From Candidatus Gorgyraea atricola (lineage in GTDB: Bacteria > Omnitrophota > Gorgyraeia > Gorgyraeales > Gorgyraeaceae): DNA of 64,000 bases. The notes below the pieces were generated by a model. The model did no database searches. It was not told the origin of the DNA and was given only the letters and a program-made list of their open reading frames with translations. Of this stretch, positions 63,313 through 64,000 are shown piece by piece (position 1 is the stretch's first letter; every line of letters begins with the position of its first letter). A program made the position numbers and the translations under genes. The stretch is taken from positions 733 through 64,732 of the forward strand of contig JAVCCW010000021.1 in assembly GCA_030765235.1 (NCBI GenBank). Reading direction: 5' to 3'.

Positions 63313-64000
63313 ATGTCACATAATATAATACCTTTATTTGTCGCGATACCGCTTGCAGCAGCGTTTGTGAATTCCCTTATTGGAAAAAAGATAAAAGGAT
63401 TTTCAGATGCGCTTTCAGCCCTGGCAACACTGTCTCTGGCAGTGATCTCAGTATTGGCAGTGGTCTTATTTAAAGAGAATGGAGTCATGGTCTATAAGGT
63501 AGGTGGATGGTTGCCGCCTGTAGGCATTGCCATGGTCATAGACGGGCTTACTGCATTCATGCTGGTCACGATCAATGTGATCGCGTTTTTAATAAGCATT
63601 TATTCAATAGATTACATGAAGAAGTACACTGAGAAGTGGCTTTTCTATTGTTTATTTTTACTCATGATAGCAGGCATGAACGGAGTCATTATAAGCGGAG
63701 ACATGTTTAATCTCTACGTGTTCCTGGAGATCGCGGCTATCGCGAGCTATGCCCTTGTGGCATTTGGAACAGAGCACGAAGAGCTCGAGGCATCATTTAA
63801 ATACGCGGTTATGGGTACCCTGGCGTCTACCTTTATATTGTTAGGCATTGTATTTTTATATAGCGTTACCTCTACTTTGAATATGGCTGATATGTCCATG
63901 GCATTGTTTGAGGGAGGCTCTACGCGCGTAGTTTTACTGGTTAGCGTGTTGTTCTTGATGGGCTTTGGTCTTAAATCAGCGCTTGTTCCTTTTCACGCAT
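63313..64000 (+). CDS. MnhD/NuoN-like antiporter subunit, 3'-partial (runs off window)
   Basis: ATG 63313, open to window end, NuoN-like TM pattern. Confidence 0.65.
   Translation, partial: MSHNIIPLFVAIPLAAAFVNSLIGKKIKGFSDALSALATLSLAVISVLAVVLFKENGVMVYKVGGWLPPVGIAMVIDGLTAFMLVTINVIAFLISIYSIDYMKKYTEKWLFYCLFLLMIAGMNGVIISGDMFNLYVFLEIAAIASYALVAFGTEHEELEASFKYAVMGTLASTFILLGIVFLYSVTSTLNMADMSMALFEGGSTRVVLLVSVLFLMGFGLKSALVPFHA

Overview
This is an AT-rich, lysine-rich bacterial chromosomal window of about 40% GC, densely packed with mostly plus-strand genes. The gene content suggests an anaerobic, probably uncultivated lineage; it resembles Omnitrophota/candidate-phylum genomes, but that is inference only.

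The recognisable gene blocks are:
- housekeeping genes: era, nadE, a PBP5-like DD-carboxypeptidase, htpX, gpmA, dcd and a class II B12-dependent RNR;
- an NSS-family transporter and a single-chain UvrD helicase fused to a Cas4/AddB-type nuclease;
- a complete MoxR/DUF58/BatA-E (Bat-type aerotolerance) operon;
- a type IV pilus / T2SS-like assembly locus: a giant GspK-like pseudopilin, a fibronectin/Ig-like surface protein, an HTH, a PilM-PilN fusion, PilO-like and PilP-like genes, two tandem secretins, and a LacI regulator;
- a biotin cluster bioB-[Rossmann oxidoreductase]-bioF-bioD with no bioA, so the oxidoreductase is a BioU candidate;
- hydrogenase maturation genes: a HypF C-terminal half only, hypC, hypD, hypE and hypA, with no hypB;
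- HydB/AsrA-like and HydG/AsrB-like Fe-S flavoprotein subunits;
- a group 4 energy-converting [NiFe]-hydrogenase with an Mrp-type antiporter module, running off the window end.

The most unusual content is not a gene but several families of short palindromic repeats. The first is a GGGACAAGGGA-associated hairpin family found in intergenic DNA and also inserted in frame into batC, batD and the hypF-like gene; an unrelated 55-bp perfect palindrome sits in frame in the nadE inter-domain linker. This resembles Rickettsia palindromic elements. The second is a composite MITE-like element: a palindromic hairpin, then inverted repeats CCCCCACACCAATT / AATTGGTGTGGGGG, then AATTCGCAC, a hairpin and GTGCTCAT. 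It lies immediately upstream of several start codons, and one copy carries a YhbQ-type GIY-YIG nuclease gene between the inverted repeats. The third is a REP-like 26-bp palindrome, GTAGGCCAGGTTTAAACCTGGCCTAC, present four times.
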